Shown one piece after another: positions 1 through 8,195 of a stretch of DNA of 32,000 nucleotides; position 1 is the first letter of the stretch, and each line of letters begins with the position of its first letter. The notes under the pieces are model-generated. The model was not told where the DNA came from, ran no database searches, and saw only the letters and a program-made list of their open reading frames with translations. The stretch is from Candidatus Pelagibacter sp. HTCC7211 (GTDB taxonomy: Bacteria; Pseudomonadota; Alphaproteobacteria; Pelagibacterales; Pelagibacteraceae): NCBI RefSeq assembly GCF_000155895.1, contig NZ_DS995298.1, positions 990,001 through 1,022,000 of the forward strand, in the 5' to 3' direction. A program made the position numbers and the translations under genes.

Positions 1-945
1 TAATTTTGGATTTTTAATTTTGCAAATTTGATCAATATCTTGAATTCCTACAAGTCCTTCTATTTCATATATGTAATCAGAATTAACAAGTAGTTTGCTT
101 GTAATAAAATTAACTAATTCTTTATTACTGTTTCTTAAAATTTCCAACCTAACAATATCACCTGTTCTTCTTCTTTTAAGTGCTAATTCAAAAGATCTTA
201 CCAAATCTTCAGCTTCTTCTTGAATTTCAACATCACTATCCCTGATAACTCTAAATAACATTTTCATTTCTAAGTCATGATCAGGGAATATTTCTGATGC
301 AAAAAAATTTATGACATCATCAATAATGACAAACTTTTTAAAATTTTTACCAGTGTCAATTTCAATAAATCTAGGTAAAGCTTTAGGAATAACAATTATA
401 GAATTTAAAACTCTTTTTTTATTCTTCTTTTTTAATTTCATGACGAGGGCTCTACCTTGATTTACAATGAAAGGAAATGGATGAGCAGGATCTATTGCTG
501 ATGGTGTTAGTAATGGGTATATCTCTTCATTAAAAATTTGTAACAGTTTTTTTTTATCTGCTTTTTTAAGATTTTCAGGTTTTATCAAACGTATATTTAC
601 TTTTTGTAATTGAGATATTAGATCCTTATAAATTTTGTTTTGCTTATTAAGTAAATTTTTTGTTTCTATCACAACTTCATTCATTTGCTCATCTGGAGTT
701 AAACCATCAGAGCTTAGAGATTCTACTTCTTGTTTTATTTGGCTATATAGTCCTGCAACACGAACCATGAAAAATTCGTCTAAATTTGAACCAGCTATTG
801 ATAAAAATTTTACTCTTTCATAAAGAGGGTTTTCTATGTTTTGGGCCTCTAAAAGCACTCTTTCATTAAATTTAAGCCAAGATAGTTCTCTGTTAATATA
901 TTTAGATTTTAACTCCTCTTTATCTTGTTTTTTTAATGCAGTCAT
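1..945 (-). CDS. ppk: polyphosphate kinase 1, N-terminal 315 codons (gene continues past window start)
   Basis: This comes from my own minus-strand translation from ATG 945, which stays open to base 1. It is absent from the ORF track because it runs off the edge. The sequence begins MTALKKQDKEELKSKYINRELSWLKFNERVLLEAQNIENPLYERVKFLSIAGSNLDEFFMVRVAGL... The ELSWLxFNxRVL ... PLxERxKFLxIxxSNLDEFFMVRV block is the conserved PPK1 N-terminal signature. An in-frame ATG at 978 is a less likely alternative start, because it would overlap the next gene. Confidence 0.85.
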   Translation of the reverse strand, partial: MTALKKQDKEELKSKYINRELSWLKFNERVLLEAQNIENPLYERVKFLSIAGSNLDEFFMVRVAGLYSQIKQEVESLSSDGLTPDEQMNEVVIETKNLLNKQNKIYKDLISQLQKVNIRLIKPENLKKADKKKLLQIFNEEIYPLLTPSAIDPAHPFPFIVNQGRALVMKLKKKNKKRVLNSIIVIPKALPRFIEIDTGKNFKKFVIIDDVINFFASEIFPDHDLEMKMLFRVIRDSDVEIQEEAEDLVRSFELALKRRRTGDIVRLEILRNSNKELVNFITSKLLVNSDYIYEIEGLVGIQDIDQICKIKNPKL

Positions 946-958
946 ATATTTACACCTT

Positions 959-1483
959 ATGCTCGAATTATACGTCATGCGACATGCAAAATCTAGTTGG
1001 GAAGATATAAATTTAGAAGACTACAAGCGACCTTTAAATAAGCGTGGAAAGAAAAATGCTAAAATGATTTGTGAATTTTTTGTTAAAAAAAAATATTATT
1101 TTGACTACATACTGGTTTCATCCTCAAAAAGAACAGTGAAAACATTAAAAATCTTGTTAAAAAAAATTGATAAACCTAAAAAAATTATTTCAACAAAAAA
1201 ACTATATCTAACAAGTGAAGATAAAATTATCAATATTATAAAAAAAATACCTAAAAAATTTAAATCAGTTCTGCTAATAAACCACGAGCCTACTGTAAGA
1301 AATCTTGTCAGGCTTGTAAGTAAAAATCAAAACAGTAATCATTTTAAATTATTGAATAATAAATTTCCTACTGCTGCATTTGCAAAAATTAATTTTAATT
1401 TTAATAGTTGGAATCACATAGATAAAAAAGGATTGATTAAAGAGTTTATCAGACCCAAAGACCTTCAAGATTCTAAAGAATAA
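959..1483 (+). CDS. sixA: SixA-family phosphohistidine phosphatase (histidine phosphatase superfamily)
   Basis: The ORF track gives 836..1483. I trimmed the start to ATG 959 because MLELYVMRHAKS aligns with the E. coli SixA N-terminus MQVFIMRHGDA. The 836 start would also overlap ppk by 110 nt. The N-terminal catalytic RH motif and the RPLNKRG, SSSKRTVKT and LLINHEP blocks fit the SixA/COG2062 pattern. Confidence 0.7.
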   Translation: MLELYVMRHAKSSWEDINLEDYKRPLNKRGKKNAKMICEFFVKKKYYFDYILVSSSKRTVKTLKILLKKIDKPKKIISTKKLYLTSEDKIINIIKKIPKKFKSVLLINHEPTVRNLVRLVSKNQNSNHFKLLNNKFPTAAFAKINFNFNSWNHIDKKGLIKEFIRPKDLQDSKE

Positions 1484-2148
1484 CCAGCTGATCTAACTGT
1501 TCTAATTAATGGCTTAGTATTTTCAATATTTATTGCTTGTCTAAGTCTTCTTATATGAACATCAACAGTTCTTGACTCTACATAAATATTTTCTCCCCAA
1601 ACATTATTCAGGAGCTGCTCACGCGAATAAACTCTTTTTGGATTTTTAATAAAAAAATCAAGTAGTTTAAATTCTGTAGGTCCTAATGAAATTTCAGTAT
1701 TATTTCTGTATACACGTTTAGTAATTCTATCTATTTTTAAATCTGTAAACTCTACAACATCAACTGAGGACTGTGGTTTTGATCTTCTAAGAAGTGATTT
1801 TATTCTTGCATTCAATTCTTTTTGACTAAATGGTTTGGTTACATAATCATCCGCACCTGTATCGAATGCTTTTAATTTATCTTCCTCTTCACCTTTTGCT
1901 GTAAGCATTATTATTGGGATGTCATTAAACTTTTTATCTTTTTTTAAATTTTTACATATATCAACACCTGATAAGTCTGGAAGCATCCAGTCCATTAAAA
2001 TTAGATCAGGTTGCTTGTCTTTAATTTGTTTGAGCGCTTCCTCTCCATTTTCACAGAAGCTAACTTTATGACCTTCTTTTTCTAAGTTATATTTTAAAAG
2101 AGTAACTATAGAGGTTTCATCTTCAGCTATAAAAACATGAGCTGACAT
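1465..2148 (-). CDS. phoB: phosphate regulon response regulator PhoB (OmpR/PhoB family)
   Basis: The protein has a receiver domain (FIAEDE ... LILMDWMLPDLSG ... KPF) and a winged-helix C-terminus (VWGENIYVESRTVDVHIRRLRQAI ... IRTVRSAGYSL). It is the last gene of the pstSCAB-phoU unit, 3 nt after phoU. Confidence 0.9.
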   Translation of the reverse strand: MSAHVFIAEDETSIVTLLKYNLEKEGHKVSFCENGEEALKQIKDKQPDLILMDWMLPDLSGVDICKNLKKDKKFNDIPIIMLTAKGEEEDKLKAFDTGADDYVTKPFSQKELNARIKSLLRRSKPQSSVDVVEFTDLKIDRITKRVYRNNTEISLGPTEFKLLDFFIKNPKRVYSREQLLNNVWGENIYVESRTVDVHIRRLRQAINIENTKPLIRTVRSAGYSLES

Positions 2149-2151
2149 TTA

Positions 2152-2859
2152 TTACTTTTCTCCTGTTACTATTGACTCTGTTCCTTTTGGACGATCGCCT
2201 TCTAAATATTCACCAGTAACTAAAAAATAAACTTGTTCTGCAACATTGGTAGTATGATCACCAATTCTTTCAATATTTTTAGTTACAAAAAGTAAATGGG
2301 TGCCGTCTTCTAAATTTTTTTCGTTATCTTTTAAATAACTAATTACTTCATTCATACATAAGTTAGTTAGATCATCAATTTGCTCATCACTTTCCCAAAC
2401 ATTTATTGCCACAGCAGCTGATCTTTCTAAATATGAATCTAGAACTGCTTTTAGTTGTTTTTGAACATTTGTTGATACTCTAATAAGCGAATCAACTAGA
2501 TTTTTTGGCAAATTTTCATTTAATAAAAGAGTTCTCTTAGAAATATTTTTTGCTAGGTCTCCTATCCTCTCAAGGTCAGAAGAAATTTTTAAGGCAGTAA
2601 CTGTTTCACGAAGGTCTATCGCCATTGGTTGTCTTAAGGCGATTAGATTTACTACTTGTTGTTCTATCAATGTTTCAAATTTATCAATTTTTTCATCCTC
2701 TTGAATAACACTCTCGGCATTATCACTATTTCTTGTAGTAATAGCTTGAATAGCTTTACCTAGAGCCTCTTCACAAAATCCACCCATTTTAATTATATTG
2801 CTGTTTAAATTTTTAAGTTCTTCTTCGTAAGACTTAACTGTGTGCGGTGCTTCAGTCAT
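2152..2859 (-). CDS. phoU: phosphate signalling/transport accessory protein PhoU
   Basis: The protein has two PhoU repeats, each with an ERIGD motif (SSDLERIGDLAKNI and KNIERIGDHTTNV). It lies between pstB and phoB, and its start overlaps the pstB stop in a TAATG junction. Confidence 0.9.
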   Translation of the reverse strand: MTEAPHTVKSYEEELKNLNSNIIKMGGFCEEALGKAIQAITTRNSDNAESVIQEDEKIDKFETLIEQQVVNLIALRQPMAIDLRETVTALKISSDLERIGDLAKNISKRTLLLNENLPKNLVDSLIRVSTNVQKQLKAVLDSYLERSAAVAINVWESDEQIDDLTNLCMNEVISYLKDNEKNLEDGTHLLFVTKNIERIGDHTTNVAEQVYFLVTGEYLEGDRPKGTESIVTGEK

Positions 2860-3614
2860 TATCCAAACCTCCCTGTTATATAATCCTGAGTTTGTTTTTG
2901 GTCAGGATTCTTAAATATCTTATCAGTAGAACCAACCTCAATCAATTTACCTAAGTGAAAAAACCCTGTTTGTTGTGATACACGTGCCGCTTGTGACATT
3001 GAGTGAGTTACAATAACAATGGTATGTTCTTTTTTCAATTCATCAATTAATTCCTCTATTTGTGCTGTTGCAATAGGGTCTAATGCTGAACATGGTTCAT
3101 CCATTAAAATTACCTCAGGTTTTACTGAAATAGCTCTAGCTATACATAGTCTTTGTTGCTGACCACCTGATAAACCTGTTCCAGGTTCATTAAGTCGATC
3201 TTTAACTTCGTTCCAAAGAGCTGCCTTTTTTAAACTATCTTCTACGATTTGATCAAGCTCATCCTTTGACTGAGCCATACCATGGATTTCAGGTCCATAA
3301 GAAATATTTTCATATAAAGTTTTAGGAAATGGATTAGGTTTTTGAAAAACCATTCCAATTTTTTCTCTCAATCTAACAACATCAGTAGCTTTTTGATTGA
3401 TATTGTAATCGTTTATTTTGATTTCTCCTTCAACTTTGCAGATATCAATAACGTCGTTCATTCTATTTAAACATCTTAAAAAAGTAGATTTACCGCAACC
3501 AGATGGACCAATTAAAGCTGTCACTTGTTTTTCTTGAATATCCATATTGATATCAAAGAGAGCTTGTTTTTCTCCATAAAAAACATTTACATTTTTTGCT
3601 TCTATTTTATTCAT
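2859..3614 (-). CDS. pstB: phosphate ABC transporter ATP-binding protein PstB
   Basis: The protein carries Walker [10 protein letters not shown], the ABC signature LSGGQQQRL and Walker [13 protein letters not shown]. It also has the PstB-typical C-terminus [10 protein letters not shown]. Confidence 0.95.
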   Translation of the reverse strand: MNKIEAKNVNVFYGEKQALFDINMDIQEKQVTALIGPSGCGKSTFLRCLNRMNDVIDICKVEGEIKINDYNINQKATDVVRLREKIGMVFQKPNPFPKTLYENISYGPEIHGMAQSKDELDQIVEDSLKKAALWNEVKDRLNEPGTGLSGGQQQRLCIARAISVKPEVILMDEPCSALDPIATAQIEELIDELKKEHTIVIVTHSMSQAARVSQQTGFFHLGKLIEVGSTDKIFKNPDQKQTQDYITGRFG

Positions 3615-3617
3615 ATT

Positions 3618-4889
3618 TTAGTTCCATTTCTTTTCAAATTTATGTCGTACCATTTGTGCTACTAAGTTCATTAATACTAAAAATATCAACAAGACCATTA
3701 TACAAGCTGATACTTTTTCAACAAAACCTCTTTCAGCACTTTCAGCCCAAATATAAATTTGAACTGGTAAAGAGGCAGCTGGATCCATGGGAGAGCCTGG
3801 AATAGTATTAACAAATGCAACCATTCCAATTAAAATCAAAGGTGCAGTTTCACCTAAAGCTTGAGCAAGACCAATTATTGTTCCAGATAATGTGCCTGGT
3901 AAAGATAATGGAACTGTATGGTGAAGAGTTGTTTGCATTCGGCTAGCGCCCATTGCAAGGGCGGCTTCTCTTATACTTGGTGGTACAGCTTTCAATGATG
4001 CTCTAGCCGCAATAATGATCGTCGGTAAGGTCATTAAGGACAACGTTATTCCACCAACCAAAGGCGTGGATCTTGGTAAACCAAATACCGCAAGTAATAC
4101 GCCAAGACCAAGTAATCCAAATACTATTGATGGTACTGCTGCTAAATTATTAATATTAACTTCAATAAAATCTGTAAGCCTATTTTTAGGTGCAAATTCT
4201 TCTAAATAAATTGCTGCTAAAAGGGCCACTGGAAATGATACAGCTAAGCAAACTAATATACTAAACAATGAACCCATAAATGAACTTGCTATACCAGCCA
4301 ATTCCGCTTCTCTTGAGTCTGCATTGGTAAAAAAGCTAAAATTAAAATTACTTTTAACTTTACCTTCAGCACTTAATTTATCAAAAATTTTTAATTGATA
4401 ATCAGTAACTCTTCTTCGTTCCTCCGGTAATTCTCTTGGATAATTTCCCTTAAAGACTTGATCCAAATCATCAGATGCTGTCAACTTAACTTCAACTATT
4501 TTTCCAAAATCATCTGGATTTGAAAGAATGTGATATTTTATTTCTTCTTCAAATATAAAAGCAAACATTCTTTTGATATCTGTAATTTGATCTTCATTAG
4601 CGTTTTGATCTAATGCAGCAAAACTTTCAATACCGACATCAAAGTACTCAGAGTCTTCAAGATCTTGAATTGAGGGTTTTTGATCTGCATCTAAATACAT
4701 GAATTCAGGATCGTAATTTATAGGTATAGTTATCCAAGTTTTTTGAAATGCTGTATAGCCAGTAGAAAAAATTTTAAACAGAAATATAGCTAAAAACAAT
4801 AAAGCCAAAACTATTGCTGATTTACCGTAAAATTGAAATCGCTTTTCTGATTTGTATCTTTTGTTTAGAAATTCTTCTCTATTAATCAT
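3618..4889 (-). CDS. pstA: phosphate ABC transporter permease PstA (long form with N-terminal periplasmic insertion)
   Basis: The C-terminal half is a typical PstA permease core (LEEFAPKNRLTDFIEVNINNLAAVPSIVFGLLG ... ALGETAPLILIG). The N-terminus has NKRYKSEKRF, one TM helix and an acidic loop of about 150 aa, as in long alphaproteobacterial PstA. The ORF track starts at a TTG at 4913. I prefer ATG 4889 (MINREEF...), which overlaps the pstC stop by 8 nt (ATGATTAA). Confidence 0.85.
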   Translation of the reverse strand: MINREEFLNKRYKSEKRFQFYGKSAIVLALLFLAIFLFKIFSTGYTAFQKTWITIPINYDPEFMYLDADQKPSIQDLEDSEYFDVGIESFAALDQNANEDQITDIKRMFAFIFEEEIKYHILSNPDDFGKIVEVKLTASDDLDQVFKGNYPRELPEERRRVTDYQLKIFDKLSAEGKVKSNFNFSFFTNADSREAELAGIASSFMGSLFSILVCLAVSFPVALLAAIYLEEFAPKNRLTDFIEVNINNLAAVPSIVFGLLGLGVLLAVFGLPRSTPLVGGITLSLMTLPTIIIAARASLKAVPPSIREAALAMGASRMQTTLHHTVPLSLPGTLSGTIIGLAQALGETAPLILIGMVAFVNTIPGSPMDPAASLPVQIYIWAESAERGFVEKVSACIMVLLIFLVLMNLVAQMVRHKFEKKWN

Positions 4890-6267
4890 ATTTTTCTCTA
4901 TATTTTTTAACAACTGATAAAGCTATTACATTTAAAATTAATGTAACAACGAATAATGTAAGTCCTAATGCAAAAGCCGCTTGTGTTTTAGGATCTTCAA
5001 ATTGTTGATCTCCAATTAGTATAACAACAATTTGTGCAGTTATAGTTGATGTGGATTCTAAAGGGTTTAAAGTTAAGTTTGCAGCCAAACCTGATGCCAT
5101 AACAACAATCATGGTTTCACCTATCGCTCTTGATACTGCTAAAAGAATTGCACCAACTATACCCGGTAATGCTGCAGGAAAAATTACTCTTTTGATAGTT
5201 TCAGATTTTGTTGCACCCATTGCATAACTGCCATCTCTTAAACTTTGAGGCACACTATTAATTACATCATCACTCAGACTTGACACAAATGGTATGATCA
5301 TCACTCCCATTACAGCTCCAGCTGCAAGTGCACTTTCTGCAGATACATCTAATCCAACGGCATTACCAATATCTTTTAAAAATGGTCCAACTGTTAAAGC
5401 TGCAAAAAAACCATAAACTACCGTTGGTATCCCTGCTAATATTTCAATAATTGGTTTTGCAAATTGTCTAAATTTATTTGAAGCATACTCAGCAAGATAA
5501 ATTCCGCTTAATAATCCTATAGGTATTGCAACACACATGGCAATAAATGCTATAAAAAAAGTACCAGCAAAAACTGGTACCGCACCAAATGTATCACTAT
5601 ACATTGATGGATCTAAAGCTTCACTCGAGTCTCTAACAAATGCTTTTGCTGGATACCAATGCATTCCAAATAAATAATCAAAAAATGGAATAATTTTAAA
5701 AAATTCAATTGTCTGAAATAAAAGTGAAAAAACAATTCCAACAGTGGTTAAAATTGCACCTAATGATGCAAAGAAAAATAGCCATTGTAAAAAAATTTCT
5801 ACAGGTTCTCTTGTTCGTGAATTTTTAGATAATTTATTATAAGCATATGCAATCGAAGAAATCACCAAACATAACACAATTACTGCTTTAGAGGCTGAGG
5901 CTGTGCTTCTTAAAGATGCATACTTGTCTGCTGCTACCTGTAATGCTGTAGTTATTTCACCACTAAATTGTCCTCTTGAAAGTGACTTAGCTTTTTCAAA
6001 TATAAGATTTAATTCTCCTTCTAATAATCCTTGATCACTAAAAGATTGTAAAACTATATATTTTACTACGGTTGGTTCAAAAATAGACCACAAAGCAAAA
6101 ATAATAAATGCAGGAGCTGCACACCATATTGCTAAATAATAACCATAAAATCTCGGTAACGCTGTAAGTCTTGTATTTGTAGATCTTATAGCTAATGCTT
6201 TTTTACGACCAAAAAAATAACTCGATAATGCTAAGAGAACAATTGTTAAAAAAATTATCGAGTTCAT
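4882..6267 (-). CDS. pstC: phosphate ABC transporter permease PstC (long form)
   Basis: This is a multi-TM protein with a PstC-type core (AVPVFAGTFFIAFIAMCVAIPIGLLSGIYLAEYA ... AMGATKSETIKRVIFPAALPGIVGAILLAVSRAIGETM). It lies between pstS and pstA. Confidence 0.9.
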   Translation of the reverse strand: MNSIIFLTIVLLALSSYFFGRKKALAIRSTNTRLTALPRFYGYYLAIWCAAPAFIIFALWSIFEPTVVKYIVLQSFSDQGLLEGELNLIFEKAKSLSRGQFSGEITTALQVAADKYASLRSTASASKAVIVLCLVISSIAYAYNKLSKNSRTREPVEIFLQWLFFFASLGAILTTVGIVFSLLFQTIEFFKIIPFFDYLFGMHWYPAKAFVRDSSEALDPSMYSDTFGAVPVFAGTFFIAFIAMCVAIPIGLLSGIYLAEYASNKFRQFAKPIIEILAGIPTVVYGFFAALTVGPFLKDIGNAVGLDVSAESALAAGAVMGVMIIPFVSSLSDDVINSVPQSLRDGSYAMGATKSETIKRVIFPAALPGIVGAILLAVSRAIGETMIVVMASGLAANLTLNPLESTSTITAQIVVILIGDQQFEDPKTQAAFALGLTLFVVTLILNVIALSVVKKYREKYD

Positions 6268-6290
6268 TTATGTAGATTTAATCTTGTATT

Positions 6291-6316
6291 AAAAAAAAGG
6301 CCCTAATAAAAGGGCC
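6291..6316 (-). terminator. intrinsic terminator / intra-operon attenuator between pstS and pstC
   Basis: On the minus strand the sequence reads GGCCC-UUUUAUUA-GGGCC followed by 8 U (plus-strand a-run 6291-6298). The stem arms are 6299-6303 and 6312-6316. It sits 27 nt after the pstS stop and 24 nt before the pstC start. Confidence 0.7.
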
Positions 6317-6342
6317 TTTTTAAATTTGTTAACAAATCAAAA

Positions 6343-7377
6343 TTACTCGCTCATTGCTACAAGATCCATAGCGTTATCTCTTGTAGTTCTGTACATTGCT
6401 TTATCCAATGGTACTAAACCAATGTCAGCTAAGTAACCTCTTTTTCCAATTGTTCCAGTTTTTGTAAATTCTTTTACAAATTCATGTAAACCTGGAATTA
6501 CACCTACGTGAGCTTTTTTCACATAGAAGAATAAAGGTCTTGCTACTGCATAGCTATAATCTTGAATAGATTCTAATGAAGGTTGTCCACCATCAATACT
6601 AGCTGCTTGTAGTTTATCTTTTGCCGCTAAGTAGTAACTGAAACCAAAGAAACCAAACATATCTTTGTCTTCAACAAGTTTTTGAATGATTAAGCTATCA
6701 TTTTCTCCAACTTCAATTGCTAAACCGTCTTCTCTGTATAGTTTTTGAGGTTTTTTATATTTTTTGTTTCCTGCTGCATAACCAGCTTTGTAAAGAGCCT
6801 TTGCTTCTTTAGTCATACCTTTTTTCATTACTAAAGAGTTCCAAGCATCTCTTGTTCCAGAAGTTCCTGGAGGAATCATTACTTTAATTGGCTTATTTGG
6901 TAAGCTTGAATCGATCTCATTCCAGTTTTTGTAAATGTTATCAACTAATTTACCATCAACAACTGTATGTTTAGCAAGTGCTAAATATAAATGTTCTTTT
7001 GTAAAGTTAACTGGCTCTGCATCTAAACTGTAAGCTAATGTTATACCGTCATTACCAATAATAATTTCTACAATATCAGTAATACCATTTTTTGCACAAA
7101 GAGCTTTTTCTTTATCTTTCATAGCTCTTGAAGCGTTAGTGATATCTGGGTGAGCTTCACCTACACCTGCGCAAAATAATTTAGCTCCACCACCTGTTCC
7201 AGTTGACTCGATGATAGGAGTTTTAAATCCTTTTTTACCGAATCTTTCAGCAACTACTGTTGCATATGGGAATACAGTTGAAGAACCAACGATTGTAATT
7301 TGATCTCTTGCTTGCGATGTAACAGTGCTTAATGTTAGCACTAAAAACGAAGCAAGGATAATAGTTAGTTTTTTCAT
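6343..7377 (-). CDS. pstS: periplasmic phosphate-binding protein PstS (ABC substrate-binding)
   Basis: The protein has a signal peptide (MKKLTIILASFLVLTLSTVTSQA/RD). PstS-family blocks are present (ITIVGSSTVFPY, ESTGTGGG, PPGTSGTRD). It is the first gene of the pst unit. Confidence 0.85.
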   Translation of the reverse strand: MKKLTIILASFLVLTLSTVTSQARDQITIVGSSTVFPYATVVAERFGKKGFKTPIIESTGTGGGAKLFCAGVGEAHPDITNASRAMKDKEKALCAKNGITDIVEIIIGNDGITLAYSLDAEPVNFTKEHLYLALAKHTVVDGKLVDNIYKNWNEIDSSLPNKPIKVMIPPGTSGTRDAWNSLVMKKGMTKEAKALYKAGYAAGNKKYKKPQKLYREDGLAIEVGENDSLIIQKLVEDKDMFGFFGFSYYLAAKDKLQAASIDGGQPSLESIQDYSYAVARPLFFYVKKAHVGVIPGLHEFVKEFTKTGTIGKRGYLADIGLVPLDKAMYRTTRDNAMDLVAMSE

Positions 7378-7433
7378 TGATATTTCCTTTCGTAATTAAA
7401 TTTAATCAACGAGTCGGTTATTAGATTTGAATG

Positions 7434-7473
7434 TGGATATTAATATTACAAATATGTTACAGTTTTGTTAAAA
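7434..7473 (-). promoter_or_regulatory. candidate Pho-box array (PhoB binding sites) upstream of pstS
   Basis: The minus strand reads TTTTAAC-AAAA-CTGTAAC-ATAT-TTGTAAT-ATTA-ATATCCA. These are 7-bp units with 4-bp spacers (11-bp phasing) resembling the E. coli Pho box CTGTCAT-N4-CTGTCAT. The fourth unit is weak. Ten bp after it lies TAATAA (7423..7418), a possible -10. The pstS ATG is at 7377. Confidence 0.55.
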
Positions 7474-7483
7474 ACCTAACTTT

Positions 7484-8101
7484 TTAGTTGAAATTTTTAG
7501 TGACAACAATGGCGTCAAATTCGTCAGCTAAACTACCTTTACAATGTATTGGACTAACACCTTCTCTAAAGGCGAGTTCGTTAGATGGTCTTAAAGTCAC
7601 TTCTAGTTGTATCATGGAAACTAATTCTTTGATTTTTTTTTGTTCATATTTCCAAGAAGGCCAACTTGTTGGTGTAGAAAATGTTGAAACTACATAAGAC
7701 GAGGCTCTTGAAAAATTATAATTGCTCTCGTTTTGATTTCTTAAAAGATGATCTCTTACAGAAAAAAAAATATTCTTACATCTGTACATATCTGAAAAAT
7801 AGTTTGTTTTTGTTAATGTTTCGCTCATTGGTACAGACACAATTAAATCAATTGTATTTCTCCAAAGTGATGAAACCACATCAGTATAAACATCAGAAAT
7901 TTCAATTTCTTTATCAGGAAAATGCTTTTGAACTTGTGGTATCGTTGATTTCATATCCTCTTGTAATCTAAAAATACCAATATCAAATACAGTTAATTGC
8001 TGATTTCTTAAAATTGTGGAAATATCTGATGATATACTTTTAGTAATCATCGACATCAAAGAAAATATAATAATGGAAATGTAATTTAATATCTTAACCA
8101 T
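7484..8101 (-). CDS. hypothetical secreted or membrane-anchored protein, no recognisable family
   Basis: This is a 205-aa ORF with an ATG start and a hydrophobic N-terminus (MVKILNYISIIIFSLMSMITKSISS). Its composition is protein-like, and only short shadow ORFs lie opposite it. I recognise no motif. It sits between phoR and pstS. Confidence 0.55.
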   Translation of the reverse strand: MVKILNYISIIIFSLMSMITKSISSDISTILRNQQLTVFDIGIFRLQEDMKSTIPQVQKHFPDKEIEISDVYTDVVSSLWRNTIDLIVSVPMSETLTKTNYFSDMYRCKNIFFSVRDHLLRNQNESNYNFSRASSYVVSTFSTPTSWPSWKYEQKKIKELVSMIQLEVTLRPSNELAFREGVSPIHCKGSLADEFDAIVVTKNFN

Positions 8102-8195
8102 AATAAAAATTTAAATAAACTGTAGTTTTATTCAATAAAAGATTTGTTAAATATTTGGTCAATAAAGGTTAATTTTAAACAACTTTTTTAATTAG

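Noticed and set aside
635-823. Plus-strand 62-aa ORF (and the 836-958 extension of the sixA ORF) overlapping ppk
   Set aside because: It lies entirely antisense to the well-supported ppk reading frame. It has low-complexity, Ser/Phe/Ile-rich shadow-ORF composition and no motif.
3596-4209. Plus-strand ORFs 3596-3805 and 4015-4209 inside pstB/pstA
   Set aside because: These are antisense shadows of strongly supported transporter genes, with no start context or motifs.
4890-4913. TTG start at 4913 for pstA given by the ORF track
   Set aside because: The ATG at 4889 gives the typical short (8-nt) overlap with the pstC stop. The TTG would require a 32-nt overlap. It is kept as an alternative, not excluded.
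7488-7971. Plus-strand ORFs 7488-7697 and 7681-7971 opposite the 205-aa hypothetical gene
   Set aside because: They are two short, broken frames against one continuous 205-aa minus-strand frame that has a signal-peptide-like N-terminus. The minus-strand call is preferred, although it is itself only moderately confident.
8102-8195. CTGTAGT-TTTA-TTCAATA on the plus strand between phoR and the hypothetical gene, considered as a Pho box
   Set aside because: It is on the wrong strand and orientation for the downstream minus-strand gene. The second unit is poor and no third unit is in phase.
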